64,000 bases of DNA from Rhynchobatus australiae. Taxonomy: Eukaryota. The notes below the pieces were generated by a model, which was not told where the DNA came from, did not search any database, and saw only the letters and a program-made list of their open reading frames with translations. The DNA lies in assembly GCA_034780895.1 (NCBI GenBank), contig JAUZTB010000087.1:83354649-83418648 (forward strand), read 5' to 3'. This document shows positions 1-12,860 of this stretch, one piece after another. A program made the translations under genes and the position numbers. Within the stretch, counting starts at the first letter, position 1; each line of letters begins with the position of its first letter.

Positions 1-29
1 GAACTGCTATAGTCCTTTTAGCGAAGGTA

Positions 30-420
30 TTCACAGAGCACTTTTGCATGGGGAGCCCCTGAACTTAGACCCAGTGACGATGAAACAATGGCAAAAATAT
101 TTCCAAGTCAGGATAGTGTGTGACGTGGTGGAGAATCTACAGGTGGTGGTGTTCCCATGATAAGATGTCATGAGTTCAGGAGGTGCTGTCAGAATAGCCG
201 GTGTAAGTGGAGGGAATATATTTTGTAAGTGGTGCACACTGCAGCTGCTGTGCTGTATACAGTGGAGGGAATGAATGTTTAGGGTGGACAATGGGTGTCA
301 TTCAAGTGTGCTGCCTTGCCCTGGATGTTATCGAGCTTGAGATTTGTTTGTGCCAGGCAAGTGGAGAGTATTCCATTGACTCTGCTAACTTGCGCCTTGC
401 AGATGGTGGATTCAGGTTTT
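30..420 (-). mobile_element. 3' part of a decayed non-LTR retrotransposon (family A; clade not assigned)
   Basis: Contains tatttccaagtcaggatagtgtg...caggtggtggtgttcccat and gtggtgcacactgcagc. The same segments recur at 2430-3180, 49290-49620 and 51850-52056. Confidence 0.65.
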
Positions 421-1929
421 TGGTTCCTATTTAGACCAAAGCCTGGAGGCAAGTGGTCCAGGCAATGCACAAACTGGCCTTTGGACAGTCCAGTGAGTTT
501 GTGACCACAGTGAAATCTTGCGGCTGGGGCGTGCTGTGCAACCAAGAGCAGGAGAGCCAGCAGTTTCCATCATGTCCAGCAGGTGGTGATGAGGGAGACT
601 GTCGTATCTGAGCGGTCTGACCACACGTGGAGCAACCACTGCTATTCCCCAGCAAAGCCCAACACATACTGTGCCAGGCAGGGTGCACACTGATGTCCAA
701 GTCTCAGCATTGAATGGCCCCACCACTTACCTTGGCCTGTCCAACACCAGTCTCTCCACACCAATCTGTGGGGTTAATCATTGTGCCAGATTCTCAGCAA
801 AGTAGTAGGCAGGATGGAGGGGGCAGGGGTTTGCCCAAGGTTCCTAGTGTGGGAGTGCTATCAGTAACACACTTCTCTGTTTATAAAATGCTATAGTGAT
901 TCTTTTTAGTGCTGATTCTTGGGAATGCTTCCAGAGTGCTCAGGAAGGCACCTAATGAAAAGGGAGCAGTATTATCGCCAAATTCTTAATTACTATAAAC
1001 TGAGATCATCACTCAGAAACATTTTCAGGACCAAACTTCTTTATTTCTCTGTAGAGATAGAGAACTCCGTTGTTACCCTGACTCACTGTTAGNNNNNNNN
1101 NNNNNNNNNNNNNNNNNNNNNNNNNNNNNNNNNNNNNNNNNNNNNNNNNNNNNNNNNNNNNNNNNNNNNNNNNNNNNNNNNNNNNNNNNNNNATAGAGAA
1201 CTCCGTTGTTACCCTGACTCACTGTTAGCTACAAGCTGGTCAGAGTCCAAGGGAGTCTGTCTGTACATTGATTAGCTAACAGATTTATACAGTTCGAGTA
1301 CATGAGAGATGGGGGTGTTCACATTCTGTGGCAGTCTACAATGTCTACGGCAGTTGCTCCTTAATTTGTACGACTTGTTATCCTCGGCTACAAGGACATC
1401 TGCAACCGCTTGCTGACAAGTCCTTACCAAACAAAGACTTGTTCGTCATTCTTTACATATCCTGTTATCCTGATATTGTGTGTCCATACCCTTACTTCTG
1501 TACACCATTTTTTTCAGCACTTTTTAAGTTCTCCGCGGCTCTAGCCCTGAATTTTTAACCCTTTGAGCCCTTTATTTTACAAAATTCTCATCTCTAGAGC
1601 AACAATTGATTTACTTTCTTTGTTCAATAACAGCAAGGGCATGTTTGCTCAGTAAGTCCCTGCTAGCTCAGGCTCGGCCCTGTAGCTCTTTTCCTTGCAT
1701 CATTGGCTTTTCCTAAATATTGCCCTGATATCAGGCGCTATCTCATAAAGATCATGTCTGTGCTTGGGAATGATTTGTGCTGCACCTAAATGAGTGAAGT
1801 ATTTGTAATAAAGTAGACAAATCAATAAAGTAAATTGGTGTAAATATGTACCATATAATTCCCATCACAGAGATGAGGCTACAGAGTAACTAAGCCTAGG
1901 AGCTAAATATTGAAAGATATTCAACATGA

Positions 1930-2365
1930 GAAGCAAGGTTGAGCTGTTAAAGTTTCTCAGTGGTTGGGATGGCTGGGGCCAGGGCTCACTGCTTTCAGAG
2001 AAAGGGATTAGCATGTCACTACTTAGGTCGGAAGGAATCTCTTCACCCAGAAAGTAGTGAACCTTTGGAATTCTGCAGCTTATAAGGCTGTGGAAGCTTG
2101 GCCGCTGCATATNNNNNNNNNNNNNNNNNNNNNNNNNNNNNNNNNNNNNNNNNNNNNNNNNNNNNNNNNNNNNNNNNNNNNNNNNNNNNNNNNNNNNNNN
2201 NNNNNNNNNNNNGCTGCATATGTTTAAGATTGATTTTTTGATATTAATGGAATCAAGAGATACAGGGTCAGTGCAGGAAAGTGCTGCTGGGTTTAAAAAG
2301 TCAGCCATGATCTTAAATGGTAGCATAGGCACAAGGGGCTGAATGGCCTATTTCTACTCCTATTT
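1930..2365 (+). mobile_element. CR1-type LINE 3' end
   Basis: ttcttcacccagaaagtagtgaacctttggaattct and tail tcagccatgatcttaaatggtagcataggcacaaggggctgaatggcctatttctactcct. Confidence 0.75.
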
Positions 2366-2429
2366 GCTGTGCTTTTTTTTAAAACTTATGTTTGATATCC
2401 CATCCACAGTCTTAAACATTCATTCTTTT

Positions 2430-2790
2430 CTTCACTGGGATACAGGCTGCAGGCTGCAATATGTACCATATACAAAATGCTCTGCAGTTACTTACCCAGC
2501 TTACCCCAATAGCAACCTGCAACCTCAGCCACCAAGATGGACAAGAGTAGCAGGCATATGGGAATGCCACCATCTGCATGCTGCCCTGTAAGTTGTGTAT
2601 ATATTGTCGTTCCTTCATCGCCCCAGGAACTGTGGATCCTGGAATTCCCTCTCCTCCAGCTTTGTGAGGGCACCTTCACCAAAATGACTGCTGTTGTTCA
2701 AAAAGGTGACTTGCCACCACTTTCATGAGGGTTTTTAGGGATGTGCAAGATGCTGACCTTGCCAGAATGATCCAAGAAATGAATAAATAA
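2430..2790 (+). mobile_element. Family A LINE 3' end with A-rich tail
   Basis: gcaggcatatgggaatgccaccatctgca...tatattgtcgttccttcatcg...tttagggatgtgcaagatgctgaccttgccag...aataaataaa; reverse-complement match to 30-270. Confidence 0.65.
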
Positions 2791-2809
2791 AACAAAGCCT
2801 CAGCAAATA

Positions 2810-3180
2810 ATGTAGTGCATTTTATAAATGGTGCACACTGGAGCCATGATGCAACAGTGGCAGCGGGAATGAGAGTTTGGGTGGTGGAGGGGGTGCCAGT
2901 CAATTGGGGTGTTTTATCTTGGATGGCATCCAGAGGCAATACGTCATGCCAGTGACAAGACCTTGTAAGGCTTTGAGTGTTAGATTATTCATTCACTGCA
3001 GGGTTCCCAGCCTCTGAATTGTTCTTGTTGCTGTGGTATTTATATGGTTGGCCCAGTTGTTTCTGAGTAATAGTGACACCCAGGTGTGAGACTCGGTGAT
3101 GATAATACTATCACTAGCAAGCTCTGTAGTTGGAGATGTTCATTGCCCTGTGTTTTAGTCTGCAGATGTTACTTCAAGCT
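2810..3180 (-). mobile_element. Family A LINE internal fragment, inverted relative to its neighbour
   Basis: aaatggtgcacactggagcc...gggaatgagagtttgggtggtggagggggtgccagtcaa...tcttggatgg aligns with 225-330. Confidence 0.6.
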
Positions 3181-5311
3181 TCATGGAAGTTAATGTCCAA
3201 TACTTTAACTCCACAATAGTGGCGGCAGTATATTTTGGGGAGTAATTCTGGTCTTTATTCTACCTGTATCTAATTAGTGCTACATTTGGAGCACCTGCAA
3301 CTAATTAGCACAGCAAAACTGTTGGACCTGCATTTAATGAGCATCACAGGAGTTGACCTGCCTATGTCTAATTAGTATTGCAGCCATTCTGTAGTCTGGA
3401 GGAGCTAAACTGGGTGATTACCATAGTGATTGGACTCTCTCTAAAGGAAAGAGCATTCATCATACCAGTCAGTGACCATTCAGGGGAAAAACTCTGTCAT
3501 AAATTTTTGAAAGGCTCATTAATTAAGGAGCAGACATGGTCTTTTTATCCAATGCAATAAGTTTCCAATCAACCAGTGAAACAATTCAACTTGGTTGAAT
3601 GGAAACGTGGTTAGATTTGCTTAGGTAGTTTAACGCCATGTGTTGTGTATCCTGTGTATTCTAAGCTATTTGTTTGCATTTGATTTTTTTTCTAGCATGG
3701 CAATGGGGAAAATCAAGCAACAAAGTGTTTATGTGAAAGCAATGTTGTCAAGTTTATCTCAAAAGTAATTTCAGAAGCAGCATAGGTTACATTACTGGAC
3801 TCCTGGGAAATTCAGCTTTGGAATTTATATTTGTGTAGACATTCTATCCAAATTTGTGGCCAGCTGAAGGACTCCACTTTTGCAATGATAAGATATAATT
3901 TAATATTACCTTGACTTTGATATAAGGTTGGTGTGTAGTCTCTCTTTTCTATTGAATTTGGTGAGCTGGTTCCCTGTACAGGCCAGGAAACCAATCCACC
4001 AATTTGACTGAAAATTCCTCACAGACAAATATAATGAAATACTATATGTCAGTAGTGTAAGTGGTAGAACTAGAGTTCCAATGATTTTTGCCTCATTTAA
4101 AAAAAAATGATCTTAAACTCTTAAATTTCTTCAGAAGTCATCCTTCTAAAGGACAATAAATCATGAACTTCCTATGATTTGGTGCAGTTATGCATACCAG
4201 CAATTCGAAGAATGTTTGATGCAGGTTTTGAGCCTGTAAGCAGTTAGAGTAATATGTATACAATGGTGGATTGTGGTGAAGCTACATATTGTTGGGAATG
4301 AGGATTGTACAAGACTGCCATTTAAATCACTGAAGGATTTTAAAAAATGTAATTTATTTATATAATGAAATGTAATTGACAATTAAATTTGCNNNNNNNN
4401 NNNNNNNNNNNNNCATAAAACTTTGTGGCATATCTTTAAAGGTTATCATTCGCCAGTAATTACATGGATTACTGGAAAAATAATACCATGTAGATATTAT
4501 ATCAATATTCATCATTCCTTTTACTATTAAATATTTGAACTATTGCATAACAAGGCTAAGGTAATGTCTAGTTTTCAATTGGGATACCAGTGTTTGGAAA
4601 ATTTTTCTTAGCACTTTACAGTTTGTATGATTAATAGTAAAATCATAGTGCAATTCTGTGGAGAAGTAGTTATTGTATGAGAACAAAATGTTATAGTTGC
4701 AGCCTACCCTGTCATGAATACTCAGAAAGCTGGTGATAAGGTTAGAATTGCTGAAAATAAAGTTAAAATATTTAATCTTTATTTGTTGTCATCCTGGAGT
4801 GTCAGATTGCCTAACTTAATGGCCTGCTTCCCTTTGGACCAGGTTTCCATCTCCTGGTACTTGTGTATAATGAGGGCTCAAAGCCATGTGTATCAATTTC
4901 TGAGGAAGAATTACTGCTGCTTACTCGAGGATGAGGAAGGTGAATACATCTCTTTGGAGTTGAGATGGCTCTGAACCACATGGGTGGCACTGGAGTTATA
5001 GAACTGTTAATTTTTCATGGCAAAGTTAGTAATTAGGCAACTGAGCCAGGCAATTCCATTATCTGCTTCTATGATTGATCAGCTAGTCTGTACTGGAGGC
5101 ATATACCTGTCAATGAAGGTGTTATTTTTTTCCCCATATGCCTCCAAATAACCCTGTGAGCCATTGCTCAATGGATAATTTAGTGTGAAGCTTATGTGCT
5201 TCAATACTATTAAGCTGCATCTTTCCAGCTAGCTATATGATTCTCTGGAACAGAAAGGTTATATTTCTGTCAGAGATTAATTTTTACTGATTTTGTTTGC
5301 TTGTCTTTCAG

Positions 5312-5655
5312 AGAAGTGCTGCTGCTTCCCTGCAGCTGGCAGTATGGCGTGCTTGTGAATAAGTTCAGCCACTGTGTAGCACTGGAAAAGCTTCTTCAAT
5401 CACAGGGATATTGGAATGTTCTGCAAGATGTTTTACCATTTTCCCAGCATTCTTTACGATGTTACATCAGCAGGGCCCAGAACCGGTTCCCAAGACTATT
5501 GCATCATGCCGAAAGGTTGAAGGAATATTACCTACTGAATGCGGCCTCTTTGCTGCCTGTCCTTGCATTGGATGTCCAAGATGGAGAGCGTGTGTTGGAT
5601 ATGTGTGCTGCTCCTGGAGGGAAATCTGTGGCAATATTGCAGTCTGCCACTCCAT
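5312..5655 (+). CDS. NSUN3: NSUN3 internal coding exon (equivalent to human exon 3), SAM-binding motif I
   Basis: Acceptor ttgtctttcag|A and donor CCAT|gtaagt; 344 bp. Encodes (R)EVLLLPCSWQYGVLVNKF...YYLLNAASLLPVLALDVQDGERVLDMCAAPGGKSVAILQSATP, matching the recalled NSUN3 signature YYLLNAASLLPVLAL / D-x-CAAPGGKS. Confidence 0.96.
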
Positions 5656-5904
5656 GTAAGTGCTGCACTATTCCACGTTGCTTGTAGGATACAGAAATTA
5701 CATTTCCTTACCTCTACACTGTAATTGCCATCATTTTTTTATGGTTACCTCTGGGTTTTCTGGCTTTTGGTTACTATCTGGATAAGGCACAAATTTAAGA
5801 TAAATGCTGTCATCTTAAACTTGTGCCTTATACCATAAAAGAAATGATGGCAATTACAGTGTAGAGGTAAGAAAATAAGTAATTTCTGCATCCTAAACAA
5901 GAAC

Positions 5905-6020
5905 TTGAATCGCCCAGGCATAGAAGACTATGGGACAAGTGCTGGAAGATGGGATTAATGACTGATGGGTCGGTGTGGACGTGGTGGGCCGAATGGCCTG
6001 TTTCCAAGCTATGTGACTCT
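5905..6020 (+). mobile_element. CR1 3' tail
   Basis: ctatgggacaagtgctggaagatgggat...gacgtggtgggccgaatggcctgtttccaagctatgtgactct; similar to 50650-50745. Confidence 0.7.
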
Positions 6021-6096
6021 GGCAAAAGAACAGGAGATGACGTAAGGAAAGACTTTGTTAAACTGGATGGGATTAGGACGTGGAATGTTCTGATCA

Positions 6097-6262
6097 GGCA
6101 GCAGAATAGCTCAACTAGTAGCGCTAGAACCTCGCTGCTCCAGTGACCTGGGTTCAATCCTGGCCTCTGCTGCTATCTTTCTGGAATTTGCACATTTTCC
6201 CAATGCCCCAGTTTCATCCCAAATTCAAAGCTGTGCAGGTTAGTGGGTTAATTGGCCACTTG
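6097..6262 (+). mobile_element. tRNA-derived SINE (V-SINE/HE1-like), decayed
   Basis: B-box gacctgggttcaatcc, body tggaatttgcacattttccc and gttagtgggttaattggccact. Confidence 0.65.
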
Positions 6263-6769
6263 CACTTTAAATATCAGATTTCTTTGTCCTTGTTTAGCTG
6301 TTTGTGAGAGATTGCTTCCAAGATGCGTGAAGTGCTGAGTGTTCTCCAGAGTCTCCCTGAATCTGCATTGCTGGAGCACTGAGAACTCCTTGATGGAGGA
6401 TTTTAGTCTTCTGAGTATTAATTGACAGTCTTATTTTCCAATATCTTTGGTAAACATGCTGAAGATTGTCTGAACATCCTATTTCTATATGAATGTTTAC
6501 TGCAGCATCATTGTTAAATGACTGAAGTCAGGATGATCTGGGTTCTGGATTAGTGTCAGTGACATTAATTGGCTTTCTGTCCATCCATTCGCTCGGTGGG
6601 GGCCTGATAGTGCCTAATAAGCTATTGCAGTAGGAAATATTGAGACCACCCTTTGATTCCTCTCTTAATCCCGGTGGAGTTTGTGCTGGAGTTGATACTG
6701 TATTATTGCCTGAATATTGTTAAGCTTGGGTAAGGTGGTTGCATATTTGAAGAGTAACCATACTCAGAA

Positions 6770-7020
6770 GAATTATCCAGAGTGGTTCTTGGTAGAGATG
6801 AAGGCCTTTGTGAGATCAAAGAAGGCCATACAGAGAGAATTAAGCTGTCCCTGATGATCTGCAAAACTTCCCAATGGATTTTTTTTCAGTTGACAGCAAG
6901 GTGATCCCTCATTCCCAGTTGGAGCTCTTTCTTGAAGATTGTCACGATCATGACATCCCTGAGGACATGTGAGATTTCCTTGGTGTTCCATGCCCTCAAG
7001 GAAAGAGCATGCTTCAGGGA
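6770..7020 (-). mobile_element. RTE-clade LINE reverse-transcriptase fragment
   Basis: Minus-strand translation contains AFFDLTKAF (RT motif of RTE elements); frameshifted. Confidence 0.6.
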
Positions 7021-10000
7021 GGGATCACGTTCTACTTAATCAATTTCATCAACTTCAGATGTCTTGATTTTCTTCTGCTTAAAGTTTGCCTTTACCTTTA
7101 TAAATAGGATTGGAGGGATTCCAAACTTATCTTCCTGGATACAGATAAAAATGACCTTTTCACAAATAGTGTGAAATTATTATTTTGTAGACCTGAATAA
7201 CAAGTACAAAAAAAACTTGTGGTTTATGAGTTAAGCAACAACCTCGGGGAGAAATTCTTCCAAAACTCTGCAGATGCGAGACATCTGAAATAAAATGGGC
7301 TTGAAATGGCAAAATGTGGTGACATTACAGCCAAGCATCCACTGATGTTTGGCTGTGTAGTGACTAAACTGGGGTCATAAATTATGTTAATTAATGCAAT
7401 AACATTAGAATATCATTATTGATTAGGATGAAAACAATTAGAGCTTGCTGAAGGAGGCAAAAGTTGAGTTTAACCCAAGTCTGCAAGGGGGGAAAATATT
7501 TATGTCCATTTAAATTGTATTTTACCTGAGCCTTGGGAATAAATGCAGTGGTCATAAATCTTAGACAATTTACTTGCATAAATCTGTGACTGTAACCTGC
7601 TCTTCCACAGGATCATTGTGGTTATATACATAAAATGAGCCAGATTATAGTGGCCCCCCCCATTGCAAAAGAATCCTGCATGGGTAGATCATTTGCTGTG
7701 ACCAGACTTAAGGTCCTGCCCAAAAAGACCCTGAATGCTTTTTGACAAATTGCTGCTGTCAATCACTTTTGAGCTATTTTTTAAAGTTCAATTGTATGTC
7801 CTATTCCTCAGGTACATATAAACATATTTGAATCATGTTTGAAACAAATAAAATAATTACAGCAACTAAAGTTTTAGAAATTAATTAAAATTGTATTGAG
7901 GAAGTAAAATAAAAGAGAAATAAGTAAACCACTTGCCTACCCTCACCTTATTCCAGGTCAATGATCCCATTCAATAAATGAGATCACTCAACTGGCTGGC
8001 ATAATGTTCAACTCGCTACATCATTGCCGCACTGCTCGACTTGCTGTTGAGTCCAGTGGTGGACTAAAATGTAAGATGAACTCGCCTCTGACTTCACATT
8101 TTAATGCCCCACGTGGAAGTCGGAGCTGAGCTAGCCAGCAAGAACCAGATAACCTATGTTTTTCTTGGAAGCCAACTGCTGTGGCTGGTCTGTTGGATGT
8201 ATGAATATAATTCTCCATAATACAGTTTATTTTATTTTCACAAGTAGAAATTTCATGCAAATGGGTCCAAGTTACCCGAAGAGGTTATTGTCCCAGTTTT
8301 TCGGTCAATGAGAAGCAAACAGTGCTCATTGTTCTTCATGTTTAGAGCTGTCATGGGCCTTCTGGACCTTTGTGACAACTTGTAGTTGTTGGGAATCTGA
8401 ACCAGGGAATCCAGGGCCTCTATGAATTCGCAGGGAGTAGTGTGTCTCTTCCATTAATCATCCTGAAAAAGCCTTGTTGAGGTATCCCATCGATCCATAC
8501 CAAGAGACATAAATTGAGCATGTACTGTAACAGAATTAAATGGATTAGAGGTTGGTTGAGTTCAAGAGAATTAAGAGGTAGAGAGGGTAAAAGAAAAATT
8601 GATTTTTATTTTCAGTTTATTTCTTAAGTTATCAATGCCAGTAAGGTGATGGTCAATAATTAAGATTTCTCACACCATTTAAAAATTCACTTCTACTTAA
8701 ATGGACATGCTTTAACATTTTCTAGCATGTCTAGTCAGTATGTAATAATTACTCTTTTTTTGGGTAGGNNNNNNNNNNNNNNNNNNNNNNNNNNNNNNNN
8801 NNNNNNNNNNNNNNNNNNNNNNNNNNNNNNNNNNNNNNNNNNNNNNNNNNNNNNNNNNNNNNNNNNNNNNNNNNNNNNNNNNNNNNNNNNNNNNNNNNNN
8901 NACTTAAAGGAGGAGCTTTACTTCAAAACTGTTTGGTGGTAGTTTCATTTAATTGAATATGATTGGACAACAGGTATAGATGGTGCTTATTTCATACTCA
9001 AATTCTATAAATTGTAAACTTGTTGATAAACATTTAATAAATACTTTATCACTTCTGTTTATATATGAAGTATAACTATGAGTATAGTAATATCATTGAA
9101 TATATTTTGGTCACATATTTGAATGCAAATTATGTAAGTGCTATCCTCGATCTTTTCTGGAACCTTTGATATGGTAGAATTGACTTTTTTTTCTTTTAAA
9201 ATGAAAACTTCCACATAATGTCACAGACATTTTCTACACGAGCAGTTAGCTTCAGATAGCATATGCAAATTTAGAATCCATTTAGATGGCTCCATTAATT
9301 TTCTAATAGACATGACTGCGAATGACTCAAGCTCTTTCTTGTAAGTAGATTCAGACTTTTACAGGTAGAATGCTTTACTGAAATGTTTTTGAATTTTCTA
9401 TCTAATTTTAGCATCATCTTATATTAGTAAAACATGAATAGTTGCAGACTAGGTTGTGTAAAGAGGAGCTATAAGAACCAAATAGTTCAGTTTGTTTATT
9501 TAGTGAGATTTAACATTTTGAAACAGAATATCGTTAAGATGATGTACAGCAGCTTTTAATTGAAATACATTTCATTTAGTTATGTTCAGTGAAGTTGATC
9601 ATATTTTACAGCATGTTATGATTTGTCTTATTGTTACAGTAGGAGCATTCTAATTTTAGAATCATTGTTCATCTTTATGACTGTTTTCTTCAAAGCACTT
9701 TTATTCTATATCATCTGTTCAACCTAGAGATTGAACTTGGCTTATAGCCTGATGGGAATAGTTACACGCTTAGACACTCTTCTGCATTACTATTATTCCC
9801 ATCAAGTGTACAATTAAAATGCTATATCATACTACCTGACAATTACTTTTTCGTAATCTCTGCTGGATAGACTTGCAATGAGTACATCCCATAATTTATC
9901 CTTCAGTTCTTCACCACATGCTATTGCTGTTATGACAGCTGCTCTCAACAAAAAGAAAAGGGATTCAAAATCAAGTACAACCCTCTTGGTGTAAAGCTCC

Positions 10001-10899
10001 CCAATATCTATGTAAAGTGTAGCAGATTCTGACGGAGTGATGTCAAGGTAATTTCATTTCTATTAAACCTCTTTGATTTCTGCATTTGTGGTATATTGGA
10101 CCATTCCAAACCATTACTGGCATTTAGCTTTTATTCGCTATTTACAACAATATATTCATTAGATTTGCTTATTATCTTGATTTCATTTATCACAACAAAG
10201 CTATATTCTTAGAACAAAAGAATAGTAATGTCTTTTTAGCACAGAGTTTAAATGTTTTCCAATCTCTGGAAAGTTGGTTATGGCCAGATTTTGCAGGGAA
10301 ATACTGAATCTATTTAATGACAGCTTTCTTTGGTAGAAAATCCCAAAGAAGGGAGAAAGCGTGTTTATCAAGGAAGAGAAGAAAGACTCGAAGAATTAGA
10401 GGACTCGCAGAAAGTGATAACAAACTTTGAATTCCCTTGAATCTCTTGAACCTCACATGAGAATGGATGGCAGCTGCTGAACCTTAGGAAGATGTCTGAA
10501 TTTCTATGTGTTTATTGCAAATTACAGTACGAGTTTTGACGAGTCCTGGCCAGGGGTGGGTGAAAAGGTAAAGCTTCCCTTTAAATTAAAGTGATAAGAA
10601 AGGTTGTAGAATTAGATTCAAGCCAATTTGACATGTTTGTTTCCAGTACAATTTTGTAAAAAGAAGTTTGTGATACATTATAATGCCAGACTAAATATTT
10701 GATTCCAATATTTGCATTATGGAGAAGTTTTGTTTTATTAGGCAGAGAAACAATTTAAAATAGCTCCTCAATAAAACAGTTAAAACTCTTTAACAAATAA
10801 AAATTACTTAGACTTGTAGAGTGCATTTCATAATTCTATGGTGTTTTAAATATAAATAAAAGGTAAAGTTGGAGAGCTAATGCACTTTTCACAGTGAGC

Positions 10900-11175
10900 A
10901 TGAAATCTGTGAAGTTCTGTTTGAAGCTTAGTCATTGTTGTAGGGTAGCACTGTGACTGATTTACACTCATTAAGGTATGACAAACTATAATTGGGTACC
11001 CAGTCAGACATTCTATTTGGCAGTGTTGGTTAAGGGATAAGTATCATCCTGTGCATTAAGGAAGATCTCACACTATCCATTAATAGAGCATGGAATCCTA
11101 GGAGCACAGATGGATCTTTGCTTGAAGTCTTTGATAGTGCCACACTGCAGTGAAGTGAAGTCTGGAATTAGTGTT
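10900..11175 (-). mobile_element. Deu-domain SINE remnant (SacSINE1-like)
   Basis: gtgttggttaagggataagtat...tagagcatggaatc...gatagtgccacactgcag resembles the reverse-complemented DeuSINE; related to 13880-14030 and 50810-51050. Confidence 0.45.
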
Positions 11176-11189
11176 ATGAGAGTTGAGGC

Positions 11190-11390
11190 ATAGGAAGATG
11201 TCAGGGCCAGGTCAAGTTTCTGCTGAAGTTCCAAAACTTAGTGAAGAATAACTTCAGTACAAATTCACAACCTTCTCTCTGATAACTGGGAGGAGGATGA
11301 CGTGCCAGTTGATCTTCAAGAAATTATAGTCATGACAATCTTTAAGAAAGAAGAAAAATCCAATTACCTGCTGCCACAAGAAGCATCAGG
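11190..11390 (+). mobile_element. RTE LINE fragment
   Basis: ctgggaggaggatgacgtgccagttgatcttcaag...gacaatctttaagaaagaagaaaaatcc (W-EE...TIFKK-KS, RT N-terminal region). Confidence 0.5.
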
Positions 11391-11641
11391 GTGCTGAAGG
11401 TCTTAAATATACCGTTAATAAAATGTGACTATTTCTATTGAGTTTTCACTTTTATTATTTGAAAGACAACACTCTTTAGAAAAGCTTTGTTTTCTTTCCA
11501 TACTTCTCCAAAAGTAGATGTCTTTTGTGTTAGCGAAACATATAGAAAAGACACAGTAATCTACAAGAATTTCTTACTTGTCTCACAGGAAGATGTATAG
11601 CTGACCACACAATCTCAGATTTGTTTCCCTTTCTTTAAAAG

Positions 11642-11796
11642 GTCACTTCATGTGCAATGAACATGACAGTTTGCGCCATAAGTGGCTGAAGCAAACACTG
11701 GAGTCTTTTGTACCTGAGGACTTAAGGGGGGTAACTTCTGTGACCAACCTGGATGGAAGAGACATTGGCCCACAACAGCCGCAAATATTTGACAAG
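11642..11796 (+). CDS. NSUN3: NSUN3 internal coding exon (equivalent to human exon 4)
   Basis: Acceptor ccctttctttaaaag|GT and donor GACAAG|gtgagt; 155 bp, phase-compatible with the previous exon. Encodes (C)HFMCNEHDSLRHKWLKQTLESFVPEDLRGVTSVTNLDGRDIGPQQPQIFDK. Confidence 0.96.
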
Positions 11797-12559
11797 GTGA
11801 GTCTGTACTTTGATCATGCTTTGCCAAACCTTAGTGAATGTGCTGCCTATCAAAACCTCAAAGTGCATTCCTTTGTAACTGAGACTTGGGCTTATGCCCA
11901 AGGACCACACTGAACTGAGTTAATTTTAGTGTTCTGCTTTGGAGTAGAAGGCAGGTGATAAACTATGGAATGACCTGGTGGAAAGATATGGAAAGAAAGA
12001 TGTATTAAATACTCTACATTGGAATAGAGCAACTTATGTAATCCATGAATGCTACAGAAATAATTGAGAATGAAATTAAAAGGTACAATGATGCCTAATG
12101 TCCATTTTTAAAAAAAAAAGCATTTGAAAGGTTGAATTAAACAGATAAAACAGTAGAATGTAAGGCAGAGGGAGCCACATTTAATCAGCAGTATCATGAA
12201 CATTCTGCTCCTTAACTATCGTGTGAGTTCTGATTATTAAGGGAGGTGAGCATTAGTGTCAATGTGGAGGAAAAAGGTGNNNNNNNAGCAGCTCTAGTTC
12301 CTTTCAGGATGTTCCAAAGTGCTTTCAAAATCACACTTGTGAAAATAGATTCTGAAATTTACTTTTAAGTGCCATTTTGTGTGGCAATCTAGAACTCCTT
12401 TATATTCCCACTGTACCTTCATGGTGGCTCCATAACTGATGTCTCGGACTAAGGTCCCTTGTATGGGAAATGAGTGACATTCTACTATCATTCAATATTG
12501 GATGAAATGCTACACCTTTGTCCATTTATAAATAGAGTGATTGATTCTGCCTTGTCTCT

Positions 12560-12860
12560 GTTGCGGGGATATGGTTTCAAGATGAGGGGCTGGTCATTTA
12601 AAACTGAGGTGCCTAGAATTTTCTTTAGGCAGAGGGCAGTGAATCTTTGTAATTCTCTACCCTAGAGAATTGTGGAGGTTGGATCGTTTAAAATAGAGGA
12701 AGATAAACTTTTTTGAAAGATTTGGAGATTGAAAGCTGTGGGGGTATGGCTCAGAGAATGAGTTGCAGCCTGGGGTAGATCGGCTGTTATCATATTGCAT
12801 GATAGTGCAGGCTTGAAGGGGCCAGGTGGCCTGGTTCTGCTTCTATTGTGCTCTTGGATT
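12560..12860 (+). mobile_element. CR1 LINE 3' end
   Basis: Translates FKMRGWSFKTEVPRIFFRQRAVNLCNSLP (CR1 ORF2 C-terminus), followed by tail gcaggcttgaaggggccaggtggcctggttctgcttcta. Confidence 0.8.

Noticed and set aside
1057-1228. Identical sequence on both sides of a 100-N gap (also 24812-24970, 33973-34118, 47002-47157, 57172-57301, 58673-58830)
   Set aside because: Exact flank duplication around fixed 100-N gaps is a scaffolding overlap artefact, not a real direct repeat or TSD.
1-5311. Search for the first NSUN3 coding exons (recalled VLDHF..QYS.ELG..W segment)
   Set aside because: No matching exon was seen; it is probably upstream of the window or in a gap.
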